Origin: an uncultured bacterium | Lineage (GTDB): Bacteria > UBP6 > UBA1177 | Reading direction: 5' to 3' | NCBI GenBank assembly: GCA_905235605.1 | Contig: CAJOMF010000014.1 | Location: 4,662 to 68,661 of the forward strand | DNA: 64,000 nucleotides | Shown here: positions 29,348-38,268 of the stretch, in pieces | Position numbering within the stretch: the first letter of the stretch is position 1 | Layout of the letters: every line of letters starts with the position of its first letter | The notes under the pieces: generated by a model | What the model was told of the DNA's origin: nothing | Database searches by the model: none | What the model saw: only the letters and a program-made list of their open reading frames with translations | Made by a program: the position numbers and the translations under genes

Positions 29348-31198
29348 TTAGAAAACCACTCCGAGATAAACATTCAGATAGTGGAAAAGCGATGTGTCAT
29401 GCTCGTCTGTGTCGAGACCGGAGAAGGGGATACCAATTTGGTATCTTGTCCCGAGGCGCATTCCGCTTTTGTTTGCGTAGTCAATGCCGATGAAGGGTTC
29501 GATCGCATTCGGAAGACCTTTGCCGCCTAAAGAATTGTTCTCTTTGAGTGCCATGGAGTAAGTCGTTCCGACGTACCCTTTGAGGTCGTCAAGAAAGAAG
29601 TATGTCAGGGTGAGACTTGCGTAGTAGCCGGCCGTGAATCTGCCGAGGAAATTGTTCCACAAAGCTGAGTTGAAGTTGTAGTCTTTGTTGAAACGGAAGT
29701 TTTCGACGGTGCGGTCGCCTTTTGTTGAGGAGTTGTTTATTGCGTTTCCCGGGGTGTTCCACGAATCGCCCTGAACATAGTCTGCATCATCCGGTGAGGC
29801 GATACCGGTAAGGAGACCGATGTGAAATTTTTTGGGAATTACGCGGAATCCGAGGTCTGCAGCCCAGCCGACCATCTGTGTTTTGACCGATTTGTCGCGG
29901 CCGTCTTCGAGGCGGATTTTTCCTATTGAACCTGTGAGAAAAGCAAGTTCGGTTTTGAGCGAGAAGAATTTGTAATGCAGATTGAGCCAAGCATCGAGTT
30001 TCCAGAGTTTCGCACTCTGTCCCGTGTAGGCGTAGACTTTGTCTGGATCGACGAAATGATCGGTAGCAGGCTCGACAGTACCGTCCTGTTCGTCAGATTT
30101 TACCCATTCGCCGGTAGTGTCGCCTTTCCAAGAGAACATGACCATCGCACCGACTTCGACGACAGTTTTTTCGTTGAGGATCTTGTTTTCGAGAACTGCC
30201 GGATCGTCTTCCTGCATGGTGAACATGAGGCTGACGTTGAAGCCGTCGTCTTTCTGTGACGCATCGATGAAGTAGTCGTGATATTTGTCCAGAAGTCCCG
30301 TGGAAGCGAGGTCGAAAGCGGGGATTATCTTGAATCCCATGACCGGGATCGTGAGCTGGATCCTGTCGAGATAGTTGCCGCTCGAAAGGGTGTTGAATTT
30401 GTTGCCGTCGCTGTAAAGGATCCCGAGGCCCCAGTGGAACGGCATCCTTCCGACTTTGAGCTGACCGATCGGAGTGTCGAAAACGCCCCACAAACCTTCG
30501 AAAACTATGTTGGCCGAGGTCGAAAGCTGGGCGTCACGCAGAAGTCCGTTCTCTTTTTTATCGAATTCGTAGTTGTCCGCTCCCATTGCCGTGTTGCCGA
30601 AAATCGAAAGTTTGGTGTGGATCTCCATTGTTTCGGCAATGTTGATGACCGGTTCAAGGTGGAGTTTGAGCCAAGCCCAGTTCAAAACATGTTCGTTTGT
30701 TGAGCGGGTAACCCTTTCGCCAGTCGTTTCATCCGTGACGACGTTGTTTATCGTATTTCTTGAAGCCATGTACGGGTTGTTGCCGCTCAGCTTCATGTTG
30801 TATGAGAAGGTGTTTGCTACGTTGAAATAACCGTAAAGTTCGAAGAATTTTACAGGTTTTCCCTGCTGGATCTTGACTAGAGGCGTATCTGTCGCAGATT
30901 CTTCTTCGGCGATAAATTCCTGACCGTCCTGAAGTTCCTCTTCTTGTTCGGGGGTTTCAGCGTTTTCAGCAGAAGATTCAGTTGTTTCCGGCGTATTGTT
31001 TTCGGGTCCTTTTTCAGGTTCCGGCTCTTTTTCCGGCACGGTTTCCGCTTCTGCCGGTTTTTCTTCTTCTGCAGCCTGTTCCTGTGCGGCTTCTTCTGCG
31101 GCTTTATCCGGTTCTGCATCTTCTGCCGGAGCTGTTTCCTGCGGCAAAAGGGCAAAACTGAAAATAAAAATAGTTAAAAATGCAAGAATTTTAGGCAT
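29348..31198 (-). CDS. Putative outer-membrane beta-barrel protein with Ala/Glu/Pro-rich N-terminal low-complexity region
   Basis: Signal peptide. Roughly 90-aa acidic low-complexity segment. Alternating amphipathic beta-strand pattern. C-terminal …YLNVYLGVVF ends on an aromatic residue. Confidence 0.45.
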   Translation of the reverse strand: MPKILAFLTIFIFSFALLPQETAPAEDAEPDKAAEEAAQEQAAEEEKPAEAETVPEKEPEPEKGPENNTPETTESSAENAETPEQEEELQDGQEFIAEEESATDTPLVKIQQGKPVKFFELYGYFNVANTFSYNMKLSGNNPYMASRNTINNVVTDETTGERVTRSTNEHVLNWAWLKLHLEPVINIAETMEIHTKLSIFGNTAMGADNYEFDKKENGLLRDAQLSTSANIVFEGLWGVFDTPIGQLKVGRMPFHWGLGILYSDGNKFNTLSSGNYLDRIQLTIPVMGFKIIPAFDLASTGLLDKYHDYFIDASQKDDGFNVSLMFTMQEDDPAVLENKILNEKTVVEVGAMVMFSWKGDTTGEWVKSDEQDGTVEPATDHFVDPDKVYAYTGQSAKLWKLDAWLNLHYKFFSLKTELAFLTGSIGKIRLEDGRDKSVKTQMVGWAADLGFRVIPKKFHIGLLTGIASPDDADYVQGDSWNTPGNAINNSSTKGDRTVENFRFNKDYNFNSALWNNFLGRFTAGYYASLTLTYFFLDDLKGYVGTTYSMALKENNSLGGKGLPNAIEPFIGIDYANKSGMRLGTRYQIGIPFSGLDTDEHDTSLFHYLNVYLGVVF

Positions 31199-31207
31199 AA
31201 ACCCCTC

Positions 31208-31633
31208 CTATTTTGCAAAATCTTCAAGGGTCACGATCTTTATTTTGTTGGCGAGCAGGATCTCTTCCGTCGCAGCCATGTCCCATGTTTTTATGGCGAT
31301 AAAAGCTGAATTTTTACCTGAAGCCAGCGTGTAGATGTAGTCGATGTTTATATCATTCTCGCTTAAGAGACGTGCAATTTCAAGCAATGCGCCGGGCTTG
31401 TCCTTGAGATCGACCACAATGATTTTTACAATATTGTGCGATAGATCCATTTTTTTCAGTATATCGCCGGTTTTTTTCGTGTCGCTTACGACAAGCCTGA
31501 GCTCGCCCAAAGACGCTGTTTCATTGATTGTCAGACCGAGAATATTGATATTGCCTTCGCTTATCGACTCAAGGATCTTTTTCAAAACGCCGGGTTCATT
31601 CCTTAAAAGCACCGAAATCTGCTCTACTCTCAT
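31208..31633 (-). CDS. Tandem ACT-domain protein
   Basis: Two ACT-like beta-alpha-beta-beta-alpha-beta units (VLLRNEPGVLKKILESI…; VVDLKDKPGALLEIARLL…). Start placed at MRVEQ. Confidence 0.6.
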   Translation of the reverse strand: MRVEQISVLLRNEPGVLKKILESISEGNINILGLTINETASLGELRLVVSDTKKTGDILKKMDLSHNIVKIIVVDLKDKPGALLEIARLLSENDINIDYIYTLASGKNSAFIAIKTWDMAATEEILLANKIKIVTLEDFAK

Positions 31634-31868
31634 TTTTGCCTCCAAACATAAAAAAACACCCGAAAACATATCATCTAAAAATGACTGATGTCAAAATATT
31701 TTATGGGTTATTCAGTCATTCTGAGTGTTCCCGCCGTTATTCTGAGTGAAACGAAGAATCTCAGAGATGTTTCGCTGACGGTACGAAAAGATGTTTCAAC
31801 ATTACAAAAAATTGCCGTATAGCCTTTTTTTCCTAAAATACGGCGTTTTTTTTGTTGGAGAATTGGAA

Positions 31869-32264
31869 ATGGAAGTGAATTTCAGTGACAGATGTTTTGT
31901 CTGCGGAAAAAACAATGTTGACGGGCTTCATCTCGACATACACCGCGACGATGAAAAGAAGGCGGCATGGGCAGAGATCGCTGTTCCGGATAAATTCTGC
32001 GGCTGGGAAGGGATAATCCACGGCGGGATAATCTCGACTCTGCTTGACGAGATAATGGCGTATTCGGCATTCACTCACAACGAAAAAGGGGTCACCGGCG
32101 AGATCAGTGTGCGCTTCAGAAAGCCGATGCCTTCGAACAGAAAGGTAAAAGTCGAAGGCTGTGTCGGATCGGAAAAGGGCAGAGTCCTCTGCACTACCGG
32201 AAAGATAACGCTTGACGGCGTTCTGATTGCGGAAGCCACGGCAAAAATGGTCAGACTGGACTGA
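31869..32264 (+). CDS. Hotdog-fold thioesterase (PaaI/YbgC-like) with N-terminal CxxC
   Basis: CFVCG…[14 protein letters not shown] motif typical of PaaI-type thioesterases. Start placed at MEVNFS. Confidence 0.6.
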   Translation: MEVNFSDRCFVCGKNNVDGLHLDIHRDDEKKAAWAEIAVPDKFCGWEGIIHGGIISTLLDEIMAYSAFTHNEKGVTGEISVRFRKPMPSNRKVKVEGCVGSEKGRVLCTTGKITLDGVLIAEATAKMVRLD

Positions 32265-32271
32265 GGAAAAC

Positions 32272-33210
32272 ATGATAAGAAAAACTGTTCTGGTCACCGG
32301 AGGAGCCGGTTTCGTCGGTTCCCACCTATGCAAAGCCCTGCTGGAGCGCGGAGATCACGTTGTCTGCATCGACAATTTCATCAGCGGCAGACTTTCGAAT
32401 ATCGAGCCGCTCAAGAAAAATCCTGAATTCGACCTTCTGATCCACGATGTGACGGAGCCTTACAATTTTTATGTTGACGAGATCTTCAATTTAGCGTGTC
32501 CGGCAAGCCCGATTTTTTATCAGAAAGATCCGATCGCGACTTACAAAACGACTGTTTTAGGCGCGATAAACGCCCTTGACCTCGCGCTCAGATGGAATGC
32601 GAAGATTTTTCAGGCTTCCACCAGCGAAGTTTACGGTGACGCGCTTGTTCATCCGCAGCCTGAAAGTTACTGGGGGAATGTCAATCCGCACGGTGTCAGG
32701 AGTTGCTACGACGAAGGTAAAAGAGGAGCCGAATCGCTCTTTTTCGATTATCGCAGAAAACACGGAATCAGAATTAAAGTTGCGAGAATATTCAATACTT
32801 ATGGTCCGAATATGAATGTTGACGACGGCAGGGTCGTAAGCAATTTCATAATTCAGGCACTCCAGAACCGCGACATCACGGTTTACGGTGACGGATTGCA
32901 GACGCGCAGTTTCTGCTATGTTGATGACCTGATCCGCGGAATGCTGGCACTCATGGATTCCGATGATTCTGTCACAGGTCCTGTAAACCTCGGAAATCCC
33001 GGCGAATTTACGATGCTGGAGCTTGCCGGAAAAGTTCTTGAACAGACCGGCAGCAAGTCAAAACTCGCATTCCTGCCGCTTCCGGGTGACGACCCGCGTG
33101 TCCGCCGCCCCGACATAACTCTTGCCGGAAAACTTCTCGGCTGGAAACCCGAGATCCCGCTTGACGAAGGTCTGCGCCGGACGATCGAATATTTCAAAGG
33201 TATACTCTGA
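32272..33210 (+). CDS. uxs: UDP-glucuronate decarboxylase (UDP-xylose synthase), SDR family
   Basis: [14 protein letters not shown] Rossmann motif. YDEGKR catalytic region. Matches UXS1/ArnA-decarboxylase-like proteins throughout. ATG 32272 after GAGGAAAA. Confidence 0.8.
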   Translation: MIRKTVLVTGGAGFVGSHLCKALLERGDHVVCIDNFISGRLSNIEPLKKNPEFDLLIHDVTEPYNFYVDEIFNLACPASPIFYQKDPIATYKTTVLGAINALDLALRWNAKIFQASTSEVYGDALVHPQPESYWGNVNPHGVRSCYDEGKRGAESLFFDYRRKHGIRIKVARIFNTYGPNMNVDDGRVVSNFIIQALQNRDITVYGDGLQTRSFCYVDDLIRGMLALMDSDDSVTGPVNLGNPGEFTMLELAGKVLEQTGSKSKLAFLPLPGDDPRVRRPDITLAGKLLGWKPEIPLDEGLRRTIEYFKGIL

Positions 33211-33231
33211 TTTTTCAGCAAAAATAAAAAA

Positions 33232-33256
33232 GGCCGGCTGACACCGGCCCCGTTTT
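33232..33256. terminator. Bidirectional rho-independent terminator between convergent genes
   Basis: GGCCGG-CTGACA-CCGGCC stem-loop, flanked by an A-tract upstream and CCGTTTT downstream. Confidence 0.5.
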
Positions 33257-33277
33257 GGTTGGCAAAGATGAAAAAAA

Positions 33278-33526
33278 TCACTTTTTACTTTTTTTAGGAG
33301 ATTCTTTTTTCTCTTTTGCACAGACTTTGCAGAATTTGTAGCCGTTTTCCAAAGCCTCTTCTTCTGATGCGAAAACTTTGGTGCACCCTTTGCAGTTGTA
33401 GTAACGACATGTTGATTTGTGACACGTTTTTGTGTCCGGGTTGCAGTGAATTTCTGCCGCAAATGCAATCGAAAATGAAAAAATCATTACTGACAAAACA
33501 AGAAATTTGGAAACAACTTTTTTCAT
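33278..33526 (-). CDS. Small secreted Cys-rich protein (8 Cys, Lys-rich tail)
   Basis: Signal peptide MKKVVSKFLVLSVMIFSFSIAFA. Mature region CNPDTKTCHKSTCRYYNCKGC…CKVC. GGAG RBS. Confidence 0.45.
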   Translation of the reverse strand: MKKVVSKFLVLSVMIFSFSIAFAAEIHCNPDTKTCHKSTCRYYNCKGCTKVFASEEEALENGYKFCKVCAKEKKESPKKSKK

Positions 33527-33763
33527 GATAAATACTCCAATTTAAAAAATTAACAAAAAACGGTGAATATCTAATATGCGATTTTAAATTTGTCAACAAA
33601 ATTTTAACAAAAATTTGAGAAAATTATTTAAATATGCGAAAATATTGAAAAATAAAAATCCTTTGTAATAAAATATTTTTATTTATAATGAAAAATAAAA
33701 AGTTGATTTTTTGTTGTGGTTGCAATTATATAATTTAGAAAATTTTTCTTTGAGGTTTGAGAC

Positions 33764-34603
33764 ATGAATCAAAATGACACAAGTTTGATAATGTATATTG
33801 CGGAAGACGGTGTTACGCGCATTCAGGCGACTTTTGACCGAGATACGGTATGGCTTTCAATCGACCAGATGGCCGAACTGTTTCAGAGAGACAAATCAAC
33901 AATTTCAAGGCATATAAAAAATGTATTTGATGAAAGAGAGCTTGACAAGAATCGAGTTGTTGCAAATTTTGCAACAACTGCCGCTGACGGAAAAACGTAT
34001 CAAGTCGATCATTACAATTTAGATGTAATAATTTCAGTTGGTTATCGTGTCAAATCAATTCGTGGTACACAGTTCAGAATATGGGCTAACGGCGTTTTGA
34101 AAGAATATTTGCTAAAAGGCTACGCCATCAATCAACGGATAGACAGGTTGGAACGTCGTGTTAGCAAGACAGAGGAAAAAATAGACTTTTTTGTCCGCAC
34201 ATCACTGCCTCCAGTAGAAGGTGTTTTCTTCCAAGGTCAAATCTTCGACGCCTATGCAAAATTCGAATCATTCATTCAAAGTGCTGAAAAAGAAATTTTT
34301 CTTATTGACAACTATATTGATTTATCGGTTCTGGAAAGGCTCACTAAAAAACAAAAAGATGTGAAAGTCACTATTTATACGGATCCGAAAACGAAACTAA
34401 GCGAGCAGGATGTTCAGAAATTCAACGAACAATATCCGCAGCTTACACTAAAACACACATCTAAAGCACATGACCGCTTTCTTATAATTGACGGCGTAAC
34501 TCTTTATCACATCGGCGCATCCCTAAAGGATCTCGGCAAAAAATGTTTTGCATTCGAAGTGCTTGATTCAGCGTGGATAAAAGAGATTTTGAAGAATTTG
34601 TGA
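33764..34603 (+). CDS. RhuM-family (virulence-associated, DNA-binding-like) protein
   Basis: Conserved RhuM core YQVDHYNLDVIISVGYRVKSIRGTQFRIWANGVLKEYLLKGYAINQ. Preceded by an AT-rich roughly 230-bp intergenic region holding a TTGATT-N18-TATATA promoter. Confidence 0.65.
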   Translation: MNQNDTSLIMYIAEDGVTRIQATFDRDTVWLSIDQMAELFQRDKSTISRHIKNVFDERELDKNRVVANFATTAADGKTYQVDHYNLDVIISVGYRVKSIRGTQFRIWANGVLKEYLLKGYAINQRIDRLERRVSKTEEKIDFFVRTSLPPVEGVFFQGQIFDAYAKFESFIQSAEKEIFLIDNYIDLSVLERLTKKQKDVKVTIYTDPKTKLSEQDVQKFNEQYPQLTLKHTSKAHDRFLIIDGVTLYHIGASLKDLGKKCFAFEVLDSAWIKEILKNL

Positions 34604-34724
34604 AAGAATGCCACGACCCGGAGAGACGTTCTGGAACGTCTTCAGAAAAGAACCATTGAATCCGTAAATGAGACGTATCATGATTCGTCTCTACAAAAAA
34701 ATTGCGGTCTCTGACGAACAACCT

Positions 34725-35740
34725 CTACCTGACACAACGGACACTATGTCTGTTGATGTTCTCCCTATACTGGTCGTACACGCGGCCGGAATAGAAATGC
34801 ACGCCCCACGCTTTGCGTGTTTTGCAGACGAAGGTAGAGGAAGACCAAAAATAGCTATCGATGCTTGGCATATCGGGAAAATCTGAAGCGGGGTTATATT
34901 TTTTATAATTTACAAGGGAAGCCAGTTCGTTTTTGTTCGGAAGCCTCCAGTCAGAATATCCGGCATAAGTCAGGGTTTCGCAGTAGGAAAGAGCCTCTTG
35001 CCAGATCTTATCGGTTACATAAGTTTTCTGCCAGATGAGTCCTGTTTCTCTGTCTGTCACAATGACATCTCCATGGACGGTCGAAGATTTAAATGAACCT
35101 GTCGGCAATGTAGCCCCCCTAACACACCTGACATAGACCCAGTACTGAATAGTCTTATCGTGGTAGTCCATGCGTCCGTCACCGAAATCCACACACCACG
35201 CGTAGTCCGTATAATCTACGTCTACGTTGGTAGAGGAAGACCAGAAATGGTAGTCTGGCGTATCCGGGAAATAACTCGTGTCGATTGCAGGATAATCTTT
35301 TGAGTTGTCAACGATAGTCAGAAGTTCCTGCGGTGTCGGCAGACGCCAGTCGGAATATCCCGCGTATTTAAGACTGTCGCAGTATGAAACGGCACCATCC
35401 CATTTATATTCGTCTGCTGCCACATCAGCCCCGTGTTGTTGTCAAGAACAACTGTCTGTGACGAAATTGTCTGAACAGTAAAATCCTGCGGTATGCATAC
35501 TCCCTGATACTGCACGTCCTGACCGAAGAAATCTTCTCCTTCTGCCGGGCACGTGATTTCGCTGTTCTCGTAGTCGTAGCATTTGTCCTGACCTGTGCAG
35601 ATGTTGCCAAAACACAGTTTTTGCGTCGAACAACCTTTTTCACCCGTGTCGGCGTTGTCGCTTGTTTTCGAACCGCCGCCGCAGCTTACGACGAAAATCA
35701 TCGCTGCGAAAAGTGCAAAAACAACCGAAAATTTCTTCAT
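34725..35740 (-). pseudogene. DUF1566-domain lipoprotein disrupted by a 1-nt frameshift (two overlapping ORFs 35318-35740 and 34725-35423)
   Basis: N-terminal ORF has signal peptide + lipobox and ends …NNTGLMWQQ. The DUF1566 continuation (ADEYKWDGAVSYC…SDWRLPT…) resumes in another frame. Consistent with a single-base deletion near 35416 (cagGca -> cagca). Confidence 0.5.
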
Positions 35741-35763
35741 TTTTTCCTCCTAATTTAAAATAC

Positions 35764-36783
35764 CTAGTCCAGTATTTCCCAATGACCGTTTTTGTCGGCA
35801 CCGATACGCTTTATGAGACCTTTTTCTTTCAAAGACGAAAAAATTCTTTCCGCCTGTCTCTGGCTGATGTTCAGACGAAGTGCAGCCGTTTTTGCCGATA
35901 TTTCAGGATTTTCTTTAATAAAATCAAGAATTTTAATTTCGCTCGCGCTGACATTTACACCGACATTTGCACCGACATTTGCACCGACATCTGATGTCGT
36001 TCTGTCGGCAAACCGGTGCCTTTTTATGGCATTGGCAATCATTTTCAGCATAAATTCTACAAAAACTCCCGAATCGGCATCATCGGTGCTCTGTTCGATC
36101 GCTTTGTAGTATCCTGCCTGATTTTCCCAGATCATGTTTTCAATGGGCAGGTGTGCGAAAACGGGATTCCACTCCGAGAGAAGTCTCGACTGCCAGAATC
36201 TTCCCATCCTGCCGTTGCCGTCTTCAAACGGATGGATGAACTCGAATTCGTAGTGAAAAACGCTGCTTTTGATGAGTATGTGGTCTTCAGCATTTTTCAG
36301 CCACTCGAAAAGATCGGATATGAGCCCTGAAACCATGTGTGCCGGAGGAGCGACATGCGAAATCCCGCTTCTGCCCATCACGCCGACTCCTCCGCGCCTG
36401 AAATGTCCGGGATTGTCTACTAAGCCCAAAGCCATGATCCCGTGCGCCTTGAGCAGGTCTTTAACGCTGAAAGGATCGAGATTCGGGAACTCTTCGTAAG
36501 CAAGGATCGCGTTTCTTACTTCCTGGATTTCTTTTATCGGCGCGATCACGTGTTTACCTTCGATCAGAGCTGTGACCTGCTCTTCAGAAAGTGAGTTCCC
36601 TTCGATTGCAAGAGAGCCGCGGATTGTTTTCATGCGGTTCACTTTGCGGAGCATGGGCCCGTCAGCCTGTTCGAGACGGATCGCAAAACGCTCAAGCAGA
36701 GCCGAGATTTCCGCCACCAGATTGACTGTTTCAGCCGTTATCGTAAAGGGCGGAGTGTGGATTTTTTTCTTTTTCTCGACCAT
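35764..36783 (-). CDS. fic: Fic-family protein (class II, auto-inhibited AMPylase type) with C-terminal winged HTH
   Basis: Canonical Fic motif HPFEDGNGRMGR. N-terminal inhibitory helix motif SLAIEGN (S/TxxxEG/N). C-terminal wHTH (…LRLNISQRQAERIFSSLKEKGLIKR). Confidence 0.8.
   Translation of the reverse strand: MVEKKKKIHTPPFTITAETVNLVAEISALLERFAIRLEQADGPMLRKVNRMKTIRGSLAIEGNSLSEEQVTALIEGKHVIAPIKEIQEVRNAILAYEEFPNLDPFSVKDLLKAHGIMALGLVDNPGHFRRGGVGVMGRSGISHVAPPAHMVSGLISDLFEWLKNAEDHILIKSSVFHYEFEFIHPFEDGNGRMGRFWQSRLLSEWNPVFAHLPIENMIWENQAGYYKAIEQSTDDADSGVFVEFMLKMIANAIKRHRFADRTTSDVGANVGANVGVNVSASEIKILDFIKENPEISAKTAALRLNISQRQAERIFSSLKEKGLIKRIGADKNGHWEILD
35951..35997. repeat. 12-bp tandem repeat (about 3.5 copies) inside the Fic coding region
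   Basis: acatttacaccg acatttgcaccg acatttgcaccg acatctg, encoding (VGAN)n in the Fic protein. Confidence 0.6.
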
Positions 36784-38156
36784 TACTTATTGAATTCGTT
36801 GAGCTTGTCTTCGAGAAGCTGTTTGATTTCAGCCATTCTTTCAGGCGTTTCGGCTTCGACTCTCATGACGATAACGTTCTGCGTGTTGCTCGGACGCATT
36901 AAGCCCCAGCCGTCTTTGAAAGTGACTCTGACGCCGTCGATATCGTTTACTTCGTAGCCGCCGTTTTTGAAGAAATTGACAACGTTTTCAACGATCTGGA
37001 ACTTTTTCGTCTCGTCGACTTCGATCCTGAGTTCGGGAGTAGAAAATGTTTCGGGGATCCCTTCAAGAAGTTTGTCGAAATCTGCTCCGTGTTTTCCTAT
37101 TATCTCAAGCATTCTGAACGCGGAATAGATTGCGCAGTCGTAGCCGAAGAAGCGGTGTTTAAAGAAGACGTGTCCGCTCATTTCTCCGCCGAAAGCGGCT
37201 CCGATCTCTTTCATTTTGACTTTGATGAGCGAGTGTCCTGCCTTCCACATTACCGGTTTGCCGCCGTGGGATGCAATGTCGTCGTAAAGAGTCTTGCTGC
37301 ACTTTACATCTCCTACGATTGCCGCGCCGGGAACTTCTTCGAGGACGCTTCTTGCGAAAATATTGAGGATCTTGTCGCCCCAGATGATTTTTCCGTTTCT
37401 GTCGACTATGCCGATTCTGTCGGCGTCGCCGTCAAAACCGATGCCGAGATCGGCTTTGTTCTCTTTTACCGCCGCGATCATCTTCTGGATGTAAGCCTCG
37501 ACCGTCGGATCGGGGTGATGGTTCGGGAATCTGCCGTCCGGCTCCTCGAAAATGCTGATGACGTTGAGCCCCATCTTGCGCATGATCGGAACTGCGACAA
37601 AGCCGCCGACACCGTTTCCCGCATCGACTACGAGTTTGATTTTTTCGGGATGATCGATGTGTATCGTCTTGAAAATGAACTTTTCAAAGTCGGGAATGAT
37701 GTTGTAAGTGGTGTTCGTTCCCTTTTTTTCAGGATTGATGAAGTCGTCAGCTTCCATGATATCCGCGATTTCCTGAATTCCGTCGCCGTAGACTGGAAGA
37801 TCGATGAGGTTTACTTTGAAACCGTTGTATTCAGGCGGATTGTGGCTGCCCGTGATCATTACCGCGCCCTGAACATCGATATTGAACATCGAAAAATAGC
37901 AGAGACCAGTCGGGATCATGCCGAGAAAGATCGTGTCGATACCGCTGTCGTTGAAACCTTTTATCATAGCCTGAGCAAAAGAAGGCGAGCTCAGTCTCGC
38001 ATCGTGACCGATCGAAACCGTCTTGAAAGAGGGGAGTTTTTTCTTGTAGAAACTTGCGCATCCGCGCGCCAGATTGTAGGCAAAATCATCAGTTAAATCG
38101 ATGTTTACATAGCCTCTGACATCATACTGTCTAAAAATCGTTCTGTTGATTTTCAT
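36783..38156 (-). CDS. Phosphomannomutase/phosphoglucomutase (alpha-D-phosphohexomutase family)
   Basis: Active-site loop TGSHNPPEYNGFK. Mg-binding DGDADR. 457 aa. Its stop overlaps the Fic start by 1 nt (TAATG). Confidence 0.8.
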   Translation of the reverse strand: MKINRTIFRQYDVRGYVNIDLTDDFAYNLARGCASFYKKKLPSFKTVSIGHDARLSSPSFAQAMIKGFNDSGIDTIFLGMIPTGLCYFSMFNIDVQGAVMITGSHNPPEYNGFKVNLIDLPVYGDGIQEIADIMEADDFINPEKKGTNTTYNIIPDFEKFIFKTIHIDHPEKIKLVVDAGNGVGGFVAVPIMRKMGLNVISIFEEPDGRFPNHHPDPTVEAYIQKMIAAVKENKADLGIGFDGDADRIGIVDRNGKIIWGDKILNIFARSVLEEVPGAAIVGDVKCSKTLYDDIASHGGKPVMWKAGHSLIKVKMKEIGAAFGGEMSGHVFFKHRFFGYDCAIYSAFRMLEIIGKHGADFDKLLEGIPETFSTPELRIEVDETKKFQIVENVVNFFKNGGYEVNDIDGVRVTFKDGWGLMRPSNTQNVIVMRVEAETPERMAEIKQLLEDKLNEFNK

Positions 38157-38268
38157 CTTTTTCTCCGCAAAAAGTCCTTAAAAAAACCGCGGCATTTTAG
38201 CAGAAATTATTTTTTTTGAAAGTTATAAGCGCTTGAAAATACGATTTTTATGAAAAGTTTTGAGCAGG

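Noticed and set aside
31670-31868. Short hairpin (TCTGAG-N13-CTCAGA) and repeated ATTCTGAGTG in the ACT/thioesterase intergenic region
   Set aside because: Only a 6-bp stem with no T-tract. It is not clearly a terminator or riboswitch and is too weak to report as a feature.
35951-35997. Possible CRISPR array (short direct repeats here, at 39643-39728, 62931-63054 and 63157-63200)
   Set aside because: Repeat units are 12-18 bp and abut one another or are separated by non-unique AT-rich DNA. There are no 25-40-bp spacers and no cas genes, so these are tandem repeats or operator-like boxes, not CRISPR.
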